From: Bacillus sp. V5-8f
GTDB lineage: Bacteria > Bacillota > Bacilli > Bacillales > DSM-1321
Assembly (NCBI RefSeq): GCF_002863565.1
Contig: NZ_PGUW01000024.1
Coordinates: forward strand, 229,193-261,192
DNA length: 32,000 bases
Direction: 5' to 3'
Part shown: positions 8,334-16,356 of the stretch, piece by piece
How positions within the stretch are numbered: position 1 is the stretch's first letter
How the letters are laid out: each line of letters starts with the position of its first letter
The notes under the pieces: model-generated
Databases searched by the model: none
The model's input: only the letters and a program-made list of their open reading frames with translations
What the model was told of the DNA's origin: nothing
Position numbers and translations under genes: made by a program

Positions 8334-9146
8334 ATGAAATGGAAGCGAATATGTGACGAAAAAGGACTAACCCTGATTGAACTGTTGGCAACTCTCACAA
8401 TTTCAAGTCTACTTATTGGCATTTCCTGGGGGATACTATCTGCTAGTTTTAATCAAAACAATAAAGCCCAATCCCATAATCTGTTACGGCAGGAAGCAAA
8501 TATAGCCATAACACAAATCAGGCAGCTTCATCATTTACAAAATTATTCGTTATGCTATGAAAATGATGAAATGATTTACCTAGACCTAAATAAATCCAGT
8601 CCATTAACCAGTGAGGGCTACAAATTTGCCAATATTTCATTTGAGAACGATCATAAGATTTTAACAAATACTAATTCATGTTTACATATTAATATCTCAA
8701 GTCCTCTAACAGTTGATTTTACTTTGATAGACAATCATAGTAATAGATTTGATCTGCAAACTACTATTGATAACATTGGAAACTACGGTAATACACCAAG
8801 CCCCGGGAAAGGAGAGAGCGAAACCCCCGATCCAGTTGAACAGCCAAACCAGCCGCCCATTCCTGGTGATGGTGATGAAGAACGTGAAGATGAAGACAAT
8901 GATAGAGATCGTGAAAATGAAGAGAATGATAGAGATCGTGATAATGAAGATAACCAGGAAGACCGTGATGATAGAGGCGATAAAGACGAACGTGAAGATG
9001 AAGATGAAACCGAAGGTAGAGACGATGATGGAGAGTATAAAGATAAAGATGATGATAAACAAAATGAACACGATCACGGTTGGGAACGGAATGATGAAGA
9101 TGGAATAGATTTTTTCCAAGATGGTGATAGGGAAGATGATGAGTAA
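8334..9146 (+). CDS. prepilin-type minor pilin with a hyper-acidic C-terminal tail
   Basis: DEKG|LTLIELLATLTISSLLIGISWGIL prepilin signal, a small globular part, then a Pro-rich linker and a D/E/R/N tail of about 115 aa. It is divergent from the two minus-strand pilin genes and leads into pilB. Confidence 0.75.
   Translation: MKWKRICDEKGLTLIELLATLTISSLLIGISWGILSASFNQNNKAQSHNLLRQEANIAITQIRQLHHLQNYSLCYENDEMIYLDLNKSSPLTSEGYKFANISFENDHKILTNTNSCLHINISSPLTVDFTLIDNHSNRFDLQTTIDNIGNYGNTPSPGKGESETPDPVEQPNQPPIPGDGDEEREDEDNDRDRENEENDRDRDNEDNQEDRDDRGDKDEREDEDETEGRDDDGEYKDKDDDKQNEHDHGWERNDEDGIDFFQDGDREDDE
8898..8951 (+). repeat. 27-bp in-frame tandem duplication inside the acidic tail
   Basis: AATGATAGAGATCGTGAAAATGAAGAG (8898-8924) / AATGATAGAGATCGTGATAATGAAGAT (8925-8951), encoding NDRDRENEE / NDRDRDNED. 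Confidence 0.85.
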
Positions 9147-9202
9147 GATGATTAAAGCTCAAGATTCGAAGATAAATATTATGAAGTACACAGGTGAAAA
9201 CT

Positions 9203-10849
9203 ATGTCGATTAAACGAAAACTCCTTGGAGATTTACTTGTTGATGCAGGAATTATTTCGGAAAGCCAGCTTCAGGATTCTTTAAGGCTGAAAAAAGATGG
9301 GCAAAAGCTTGGCGACGCACTCCTCGAGAGGGGATTAATCAACGAACGGCAGCTGGTAAAAGTGTTAGAATTCCAACTTGGAATCCCCCAGATCAACTTA
9401 TACAGGTATCCTGTGGATACGAATTTATTGGACTTAATTCCTAAAGAGTTTGCCTTTCGCAATGTGTTAATGCCGATTAAAAGAGATGGCAATCACCTTG
9501 TGGTTGCCATGTATGATCCGATGGATTATATCGCTCTTGATGATATGCGTTTATCAACAGGGTTGCAAATTTCTCCTGTTATTGCGACAAAGGACGAAAT
9601 TTTGTCTGCTTTACATAGACACTATAGTATGGCTGAAACGTTTGAAGAAATTGAAGAAGATTCGTTGAATGATGCTGATCTGGATAGTGAAGAAGCACCT
9701 GCTGTAAGGCTTGTGAACCAGATACTGGCGATGGGGATACAGTTGAAGGCCAGTGATATTCACATTGATCCACAAGAGGCGAGAATCCTTGTTCGCTATC
9801 GAGTGGATGGAATTTTGCGGACCGAGCGGATCCTTTCCAAGAATATATATAGCTTGCTCATCGCCCGGATCAAGATTATGGCAAACATGAATATTACTGA
9901 ATCCCGGCTTCCACAGGATGGACGGATAAAGCTTGATATAAACTCGATACCGGTAGATCTACGAATCTCATTATTGCCGACCGTGTATGGAGAGAAAGCA
10001 GTTATTCGTATCCTGGATTTATCAAACGTCTTGTTACATCTCACACAGCTTGGATTTAATAAAGTGAATCTGCAAACATTTTTCGGGTTGATTGAAAGGC
10101 CATCAGGAATGGTTTTAATTACAGGACCCACCGGATCAGGAAAGACATCCACACTCTATGGCGCACTAAATCATTTAAATAAGGAACAAGTGAACATCAT
10201 AACGGTGGAAGACCCTGTGGAATATCAACTGAAAGGAATAAATCAAGTTCAGGTGAACCCCTCCATCGGTTTAACATTTGCCAGCGGGCTACGCTCAATC
10301 CTAAGACAAGATCCCAACATTGTAATGATTGGCGAAATCCGTGATAAGGAAACGGCAGAAATCGCTGTACGCGCATCCCTCACAGGGCATTTCGTGTTTA
10401 GCACTCTTCACACAAACAGCGCACTGACAACGATTCCAAGATTGCTAGATATGGAGGTTGAGCCCTATTTGGTCGTTTCTGCTTTATCAGGAGTGGTGGC
10501 ACAAAGATTGATAAGAAAAGTATGTAAAGACTGCATGGTTGAATATACACCATCAGAAATGGAGAAAAACCTATTTCAAAAGCGTGGTATAAAGGTCGAT
10601 ATACTTTACAGAGGATCTGGATGCCCAAGCTGCCAAAATACCGGTTACAGAGGCAGAATGGCCATACACGAAGTATTAAATATAGATGAAAAAATCCAAT
10701 CGATGATGATGAATAATAAGTCGATTCAGGAAATAAAGCAATATACTATGCGAAATGGCATGATTTTTTTGCTTGATGATGGTTTGTTAAAGGCTAAAAA
10801 CGGCATGACCACAGTTGAAGAAGTTTTAAGGGTAGCGATACAGGATTAG
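9203..10849 (+). CDS. pilB: type IV pilus assembly (extension) ATPase PilB, GspE family
   Basis: Walker A GPTGSGKTS and the tetracysteine motif CKDC...CPSC. The N-terminal GspII/MshEN-like region has LGDLLVDAGIISESQL and KLGDALLERGLINERQL. ATG 9203 lies 6 nt after AGGTG; the ORF is open from GTG 9194. Confidence 0.9.
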   Translation: MSIKRKLLGDLLVDAGIISESQLQDSLRLKKDGQKLGDALLERGLINERQLVKVLEFQLGIPQINLYRYPVDTNLLDLIPKEFAFRNVLMPIKRDGNHLVVAMYDPMDYIALDDMRLSTGLQISPVIATKDEILSALHRHYSMAETFEEIEEDSLNDADLDSEEAPAVRLVNQILAMGIQLKASDIHIDPQEARILVRYRVDGILRTERILSKNIYSLLIARIKIMANMNITESRLPQDGRIKLDINSIPVDLRISLLPTVYGEKAVIRILDLSNVLLHLTQLGFNKVNLQTFFGLIERPSGMVLITGPTGSGKTSTLYGALNHLNKEQVNIITVEDPVEYQLKGINQVQVNPSIGLTFASGLRSILRQDPNIVMIGEIRDKETAEIAVRASLTGHFVFSTLHTNSALTTIPRLLDMEVEPYLVVSALSGVVAQRLIRKVCKDCMVEYTPSEMEKNLFQKRGIKVDILYRGSGCPSCQNTGYRGRMAIHEVLNIDEKIQSMMMNNKSIQEIKQYTMRNGMIFLLDDGLLKAKNGMTTVEEVLRVAIQD

Positions 10850-10860
10850 GAGGAACTCTT

Positions 10861-11901
10861 TTGAAGGATAGACTCGATTATATTTTGACAGCGGCATTTG
10901 AATTGGGAACTTCCGATATCCATTTAACTGTTGGTGTGCCGCCGATAATGAGATTACATGGTGAGTTAAAACATTATGGCAAGGAAAGTTTAAAGCCGGA
11001 AGATACCGAAGCAATGGCAAGGGCCATTATTCCGGACAACTTATGGCAGACATTTAAAGAAAAAGGGGAACTGGACTTTTCTTACGGAATACCAAGTGTC
11101 TCACGGTTCAGAGTAAATGCTTACCACCAAAGATCGTGTGTTAGTCTTGCAATAAGGGTTGTACCGACAGAAATCCCCACTTTGGAGCGGCTTAATCTGC
11201 CGGACATTCTAAAACACATTTCCGAGAAACCACAAGGCCTGGTCTTGGTCACAGGCCCCACCGGGAGCGGGAAATCTACAACACTAGCAGCCATGCTCGA
11301 TTATATTAATAAAAACATGAAACGGCATATCATTACCTTGGAAGATCCGATTGAATATCTGCATAAACACAGGTTAAGCGTGATAGATCAACGTGAAGTC
11401 GGGTTTGATACGCAAAATTTTGCAAACGGTTTACGGGCATGCCTTCGCCAGGATCCGGATATCATCCTGGTTGGCGAAATGCGTGATTTAGAAACGATTT
11501 CAACGGCAATCACAGCCGCTGAAACCGGGCATCTCGTGTTGGGTACCCTGCATACAACCGATGCGCCTTCCACCATTGATCGGATTATTGATGTATTTCC
11601 GGCGAATCAGCAGCCGCAGGTACGGGTCCAGCTCGCTTCCGTATTAACTTCAATTATTTCACAGCGGCTTTTTCCCACCACCGCTAAAAATGGCCGCGCG
11701 GCAGCAATTGAAATTATGATAAACAATTCAGCAATCCGGAATTTAATACGAAATGAAAAAATTCATCAGATACATAGTGTGATGCAGACAAGTAAGTCAA
11801 TGGGCATGCAGACGTTAGAAATGTCTATCAGGGATTTGGTAGATTCAAATATAATCGACCAGCAGGTTGCAGCATCATATCTTCAGGAAGGTGTTAGGTA
11901 A
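10861..11901 (+). CDS. pilT: type IV pilus retraction ATPase PilT
   Basis: 346 aa with Walker A GPTGSGKST and the PilT signature AIRNLIRNEKIHQI. TTG start lies 7 nt after AGGAGG. Confidence 0.9.
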   Translation: MKDRLDYILTAAFELGTSDIHLTVGVPPIMRLHGELKHYGKESLKPEDTEAMARAIIPDNLWQTFKEKGELDFSYGIPSVSRFRVNAYHQRSCVSLAIRVVPTEIPTLERLNLPDILKHISEKPQGLVLVTGPTGSGKSTTLAAMLDYINKNMKRHIITLEDPIEYLHKHRLSVIDQREVGFDTQNFANGLRACLRQDPDIILVGEMRDLETISTAITAAETGHLVLGTLHTTDAPSTIDRIIDVFPANQQPQVRVQLASVLTSIISQRLFPTTAKNGRAAAIEIMINNSAIRNLIRNEKIHQIHSVMQTSKSMGMQTLEMSIRDLVDSNIIDQQVAASYLQEGVR

Positions 11902-13109
11902 TGCCTGTTTTTCAATACCAGGGAAGGAATAAGACAGGTAAAAGAAAAAGTGGTAAAGTTATGGCTGAAAACCGCAAAGAAGCAGTACTGAGACTACGGG
12001 AATCAGGTGTTTCAGTCATATCCATCAATGAACTCAACGGAATTTTATATAAAGAAATTTCATTGGGTGGAAAAAAGGTTAAAAATAAAGACTTCATCAT
12101 CTATCTTCGCCAATTTTCCACACTATTGAAAGCTGGGGTTCCTATTGTGGAGGCCACGAAAATATTGGCACAGCAAACCTCCAGCAAGGTGCTCAAAAAA
12201 ACTTTGGCAGCAGTAGTGCAGAATCTTGAAGAAGGAAAACCTTACTCTGATGCAGCGGAAGAACAAAACGGTGCTTTCCCGCCGTTATTCACTAATATGG
12301 TACGTGCCGGTGAAGCAGGCGGAAACCTGGATGAAATTTTGGAACGAATGGCCGTCTACTTTGAAAAACAATATCGAACAAGACAAAAAGTAAAGTCTGC
12401 GATGATGTATCCTGCCACGGTGGGCATCATTTCTATCGTTATCGTAATTTTTCTGCTCTCGACCGTTGTGCCGGCATTTGCCGGCATGTTCGCCACTTTT
12501 GGAGGCGAGCTGCCATTAATCACTAGAATCGTAATGAGTCTTGGAAGCTTTTTCGGTTCCTATTGGTGGGTATTCCTATTATTAGCGATAGCTGTGTACA
12601 TCGGCGTTTATCTGCTAATATCAAACCGCAAAACCAAATATTTTTTAGACTATGTACTTTTAAAGTTACCATTGTTCGGCAGCCTGCTTCAAAAGGCTCA
12701 AATTGCACGGATGACCAGAACCCTCAGTTCCCTTTTTTCTAGTTCTGTGCCAATTTTACAGTCAATTATGATTGTAGAAAGGATATTAGGGAACGAAGTG
12801 CTGTCGAAAGTCTTAAGGGAAGCAAGAACTTCCATTGAAAAAGGCCAGTCAATGGCAGTTCCCATGGAAATTCACTGGGCGTTTCCTCCCATGGTCACCC
12901 AAATGATCGCAATCGGGGAAAAATCAGGGACGTTGGACTCTATGCTTGATAGAGTGGCGGACTTTTATGAAATGGAGGTAGACAATTCAACGGACCAAAT
13001 AAAATCTTTGATAGAGCCAATGATGATTGTCTTCCTTGCTTTTGTTGTCGGTGGTATAGTGGGAGCCATTGCTGTACCGATGTTTAGCATATTTGAAACA
13101 ATTAACTAA
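11901..13109 (+). CDS. pilC: type IV pilus platform protein PilC, GspF family
   Basis: 402 aa with duplicated GspF domains, three TM segments and an N-terminus (MPVFQYQGRNKTGKRKSG) typical of PilC. Its ATG overlaps the pilT stop by 1 nt. Confidence 0.9.
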   Translation: MPVFQYQGRNKTGKRKSGKVMAENRKEAVLRLRESGVSVISINELNGILYKEISLGGKKVKNKDFIIYLRQFSTLLKAGVPIVEATKILAQQTSSKVLKKTLAAVVQNLEEGKPYSDAAEEQNGAFPPLFTNMVRAGEAGGNLDEILERMAVYFEKQYRTRQKVKSAMMYPATVGIISIVIVIFLLSTVVPAFAGMFATFGGELPLITRIVMSLGSFFGSYWWVFLLLAIAVYIGVYLLISNRKTKYFLDYVLLKLPLFGSLLQKAQIARMTRTLSSLFSSSVPILQSIMIVERILGNEVLSKVLREARTSIEKGQSMAVPMEIHWAFPPMVTQMIAIGEKSGTLDSMLDRVADFYEMEVDNSTDQIKSLIEPMMIVFLAFVVGGIVGAIAVPMFSIFETIN

Positions 13110-13180
13110 TAGTAAAATATTCACATAAATTACATGGTAAAATTAACATTTCTCTATTACAATAGCAACATAATATACAT

Positions 13181-13254
13181 AATTGGAAACGATGATAGGT
13201 CATTTGTATCTGGGCACTTGAATGACCAGGAGTTAGTAGTGCAACCCGCCAATT
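13181..13254 (+). promoter_or_regulatory. c-di-GMP-II (class II) riboswitch aptamer
   Basis: AATTGGAAACGATGATAGGTCATTTGTATCTGGGCACTTGAATGACCAGGAGTTAGTAGTGCAACCCGCCAATT. It contains the conserved blocks GGAAAC.ATGAT, TGGGCACTTGA and GAGTTAGTAGTGCAACC, as I recall them from the crystallised C. acetobutylicum aptamer. Supporting helices: AATTGG/CCAATT (13181-86/13249-54), GGTCATT/AATGACC (13198-204/13221-27), GGGCAC/GTGC..CCC (13212-17/13239-47). Confidence 0.75.
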
Positions 13255-13303
13255 TTTATGTTTAAGTCAGCCTAGACTTTAAATGTGAAATTTGGCGTTT
13301 TTT
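13247..13303 (+). terminator. Riboswitch expression platform: intrinsic terminator
   Basis: The outer stem CGCCAATTTT (13247-56) / AAATTTGGCG (13288-97) has one mismatch. Inner pairings include AAGTC (13264-68) / GACTT (13275-79). TTTTTT follows at 13298-13303. The 5' arm reuses the 3' strand of aptamer P1. Confidence 0.7.
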
Positions 13304-13399
13304 ATGTCAACTGGTTTCGATCCTAGAATACTAGACGGTTAGAAAAGCACTTATTTTGTTTGTTAAAGTGACACATAAAAGACGCGAGGAGAGAATTTG

Positions 13400-13891
13400 A
13401 TGAAACGTTTTAAAGAAATTCTTAAGAATCAAAGGGGATTGACCCTGGTTGAGCTGCTTGCAGTAATAGTTATTTTGGGCATTATTGCAGCGATTGCTGT
13501 TCCTAGTATTGGGAAAATTATTGATAATAGCAAGAAGGATGCGCATATTGCGAATGCGGAGCAATTGGTTGCAGCTGCACGATTAGCTCAAGCAGATCAA
13601 CTTAATCAGTCCACTGTGTTTGAAGGCAGTCAAGCTACCGTTAATAATGCTTCAATATCACCTAAAAACGGTTATAACTTCGAACAATTAGTTGAAGGGG
13701 GATATCTAGAAAGTTTAATCGATCCTGACTCTTCAAATAAGGCAGCTTATACGGATGGCTATGTCGAAGTTGTAAAGGATACAAACAATAGGATTACATA
13801 TAAAGTTTTTTTAGACGGAGCGAAATATGATATAGGGTCAAACTCTAATCCTGTTCTATATACGGAAATTACAAGAGAAGATGTAAAATAA
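13400..13891 (+). CDS. pilA: major type IV pilin
   Basis: MKRFKEILKNQRG|LTLVELLAVIVILGIIAAIAVPSIG is a class III signal with Glu5. ATG 13400 lies 8 nt after AGGAG; the ORF track begins at TTG 13397. It sits between its own leader and a terminator. Confidence 0.85.
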   Translation: MKRFKEILKNQRGLTLVELLAVIVILGIIAAIAVPSIGKIIDNSKKDAHIANAEQLVAAARLAQADQLNQSTVFEGSQATVNNASISPKNGYNFEQLVEGGYLESLIDPDSSNKAAYTDGYVEVVKDTNNRITYKVFLDGAKYDIGSNSNPVLYTEITREDVK

Positions 13892-13918
13892 TAGAAAATA
13901 ACATCAACGACAATCAAT

Positions 13919-13945
13919 ACTCCTTACTGAAGGAGTTCTTTTTTT
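13919..13945 (+). terminator. Rho-independent terminator of pilA
   Basis: ACTCCTT (13919-25) / AAGGAGT (13930-36), 4-nt loop, then TCTTTTTTT. Confidence 0.7.
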
Positions 13946-13952
13946 ATCTATA

Positions 13953-13980
13953 TTCAACCTCCCTACAAGTCTTGTATACT
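13953..13980 (+). promoter_or_regulatory. candidate sigma-A promoter for pilD-pilMNO
   Basis: TTCAAC (13953-58), a 16-nt spacer, then TATACT (13975-80), about 30 nt upstream of the pilD ATG. This is a pattern match only. Confidence 0.3.
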
Positions 13981-14012
13981 ATGTTTAATAGAACGAAAAG
14001 GAACCTGCTGAT

Positions 14013-14768
14013 ATGGTTTATATATATACATACCTGTTTATTCTCGGAGCTGTTCTTGGCTCGTTTTATAATGTGGTGGGATTACGGGTGCCGGAAAATG
14101 TGTCGATAGTCCGCCCGCGTTCCCACTGCGCCACTTGTCACAGGACTTTAGGTGCGGTGGATTTGATTCCTGTTCTTTCATATTTGTTGCTTCGGGGGAA
14201 ATCCAGGTGCTGTGGCAATAAAATATCAATGATTTACCCGATAGTAGAATTAGTGACAGGACTACTGTTTTTACATGCGTTCTACTGGTTCGGGCTGACG
14301 GGTGAATTGGCAGTAGCGTTAACATTTATTTCGCTTTTGGTCATTATTTTTGTTTCAGATATTGTCTATATGATTATCCCTGATAAGGTGCTTTTGTTTT
14401 TTATCCCTGTCATCCTGGTCGAGAGGATGTTGGTTCCATTGAATCCGTGGTGGGATATGTTTGCCGGCGCTTTCATTGGCTTTGGGCTTCTTTATCTAAT
14501 TGCTATTTTAAGCAAGGGAGGCATGGGTGGCGGTGACATCAAGCTGTTTTTTGTGATTGGCCTGGTATTAGGGTTAAAGCTGACCATCCTGGCGTTTTTT
14601 ATTTCTACGTTGATTGGTGCTTTGTACGGCATACTGGGTATGGGTCTAGGAAAACTGCGGAGAAGCCAGCCAATTCCGTTTGGGCCGTTTATTGCTATAG
14701 GGGCACTTGTGTCCTACTTTTACGGTAATTTCATCATGATTTTCTATTTTGATGTGTTTAATTTTTAG
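14013..14768 (+). CDS. pilD: prepilin peptidase / N-methyltransferase (A24 family; ortholog position of B. subtilis comC)
   Basis: 251 aa, polytopic. The N-terminal Cys pairs are CATCHRTL...CCGNKIS. The two Asp-containing active-site regions include GMGGGDIKLF. It sits between folC and spoIIB, as comC does in B. subtilis. Confidence 0.9.
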   Translation: MVYIYTYLFILGAVLGSFYNVVGLRVPENVSIVRPRSHCATCHRTLGAVDLIPVLSYLLLRGKSRCCGNKISMIYPIVELVTGLLFLHAFYWFGLTGELAVALTFISLLVIIFVSDIVYMIIPDKVLLFFIPVILVERMLVPLNPWWDMFAGAFIGFGLLYLIAILSKGGMGGGDIKLFFVIGLVLGLKLTILAFFISTLIGALYGILGMGLGKLRRSQPIPFGPFIAIGALVSYFYGNFIMIFYFDVFNF

Positions 14769-14781
14769 GTGGTGCAATTGA

Positions 14782-15750
14782 ATGTTTAAAAGCAGTAAAC
14801 GCCAGTTACACATTGTCATGAAAGATCGATATATTCACTTTTTAGAAAGTGGGAAAGACCGTTCATTTCTTGCTTATGGGCAAAGGTGCCTGCCCAAGGG
14901 TGTGGTTGAAGATGGGCAAATAAAAGAACATGAAACTCTCACAATGATTCTTGAAGAAATAGTGGATCAGCATAAGCTGAAAGGATGTAAAATTTCTTTT
15001 TGTGTCCCTGATTCGTTTGTCATCATAAGAAAGGTGGAGGTTCCACTAGAACTATTGGATGAAGAAATTACCGGTTATTTGTATATGGAACTTGGCGAAA
15101 GCATTCATTTGCCTTTTGAAGACCCAATTATTGAGGGGGTACCGTTAAGGGAAAACGGTGAGCGGAAGGAAGTTCTTCTAATTGCTTCAAAGGAATCAAT
15201 AGTGAAAGAATTTTCTAGCCTATTTAAAGAAGTATCCCTAAAACCGGTTGTTGCAGATTTGTCGTTATTATCTCTATATCGAACTTACTATCATTTAAAT
15301 GTGGCACAGGAAGACGAACACTTGCTAATGATTCAAATTGGGCTGAATTCGATGCTTCTATCCGTCTTCCACAAATATAAGCCAATCATACTTCATCAAT
15401 TTAGTCTTTCATTTACAGATCAAGAGTATGAAACGGAAAAAAACAGAAGCGGTTCGGAGTATTTTACCTGGAAAGGTGAGTTTGATCGCTTAATGGGTGA
15501 AGCCAGTGATATTACGACAGAAATTGAGCGTTTTATAAACTATTATAATTTCAACATCACGAAGGGAAAGCATCAAGTTACCAAGATTTTATTATCAGGT
15601 GACCATCCTTGCATGGAATTATTTCATGAACGCATTGATGCTGCGTTTCAGATCGACATTCAACCTTTGCTCAAGCCTTTGTTCCAAACCAAAAAAGGAA
15701 TCAACATACCTGCTGTGTACGCAGAATGTATTGGACTAGCATTAAAGTAG
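14782..15750 (+). CDS. pilM: type IV pilus assembly protein PilM (actin-like ATPase fold)
   Basis: 322 aa. Both the length and the position immediately before PilN/PilO-like genes fit PilM. The N-terminal pattern (LPKGVVEDGQIKEHETL) is characteristic of PilM. Confidence 0.8.
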   Translation: MFKSSKRQLHIVMKDRYIHFLESGKDRSFLAYGQRCLPKGVVEDGQIKEHETLTMILEEIVDQHKLKGCKISFCVPDSFVIIRKVEVPLELLDEEITGYLYMELGESIHLPFEDPIIEGVPLRENGERKEVLLIASKESIVKEFSSLFKEVSLKPVVADLSLLSLYRTYYHLNVAQEDEHLLMIQIGLNSMLLSVFHKYKPIILHQFSLSFTDQEYETEKNRSGSEYFTWKGEFDRLMGEASDITTEIERFINYYNFNITKGKHQVTKILLSGDHPCMELFHERIDAAFQIDIQPLLKPLFQTKKGINIPAVYAECIGLALK

Positions 15751-15759
15751 GTGCCAAAA

Positions 15760-16356
15760 ATGCATGTAGATATCAACTTATTGCCTGAAAAAGAAAAAAG
15801 AAAATTACCATTGATATTAATCATCTCGCTTTTATTAGTTGTCCTTTTTGCTTTTGGCGCTTACGCATGGAGTATCTACGAACAGAAGATACAAGAAAAA
15901 GATAATTTGGAAAAACATCTAGCTTATTCAAAAAAACTAAGAGAAATACAGCAAACTAAATCAGCGGAAAATAACAGCTCCCATGTAGTAGATGAGCTTG
16001 AAACAGCTATTAAGTGGGCTGAAGAAAGTTCTGTTTCTACTTTTTTATTAGTTAGAAGCATTACTTCTATGCTCCCGGAAAGAGGGTTTATTTTAACGTT
16101 TTCTTTTACAGACAACGGTGAAGTGCAGCTTTCTGTCCAGTTTGATTCCTCCAGGCAGGCAGCTTATTTTTTAAAAAGCCTTTCAGATTCTAATTTGATC
16201 AATCAAGCTACACTGCTGGACATTAAAACAGAGACACTTGAGGAAACGGAAGCTAAAACTGAGAATGTCCTGCCCAGGTATATCGCCCAGTATAGCCTGA
16301 TTATTGATAAAAAAGCGTTAAAAAAAGGGGAACTTGAAGGGAAGGTGACACAATGA
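15760..16356 (+). CDS. pilN: type IV pilus assembly protein PilN
   Basis: MHVDINLLPEKEKRK followed by a single TM, which is the hallmark PilN N-terminus. ATG 15760 lies 6 nt after AGGTG; the ORF is open from GTG 15751. Confidence 0.75.
   Translation: MHVDINLLPEKEKRKLPLILIISLLLVVLFAFGAYAWSIYEQKIQEKDNLEKHLAYSKKLREIQQTKSAENNSSHVVDELETAIKWAEESSVSTFLLVRSITSMLPERGFILTFSFTDNGEVQLSVQFDSSRQAAYFLKSLSDSNLINQATLLDIKTETLEETEAKTENVLPRYIAQYSLIIDKKALKKGELEGKVTQ

Noticed and set aside
8706-9162. Three overlapping ORFs (137, 119 and 132 aa) on both strands over the acidic tail of the pilin-like gene
   Set aside because: They are low-complexity GA-rich/TC-rich frame artefacts of the D/E/R codon repeats (poly-I/F or H/L-rich products). 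The + frame that continues from the prepilin signal is the coherent one.
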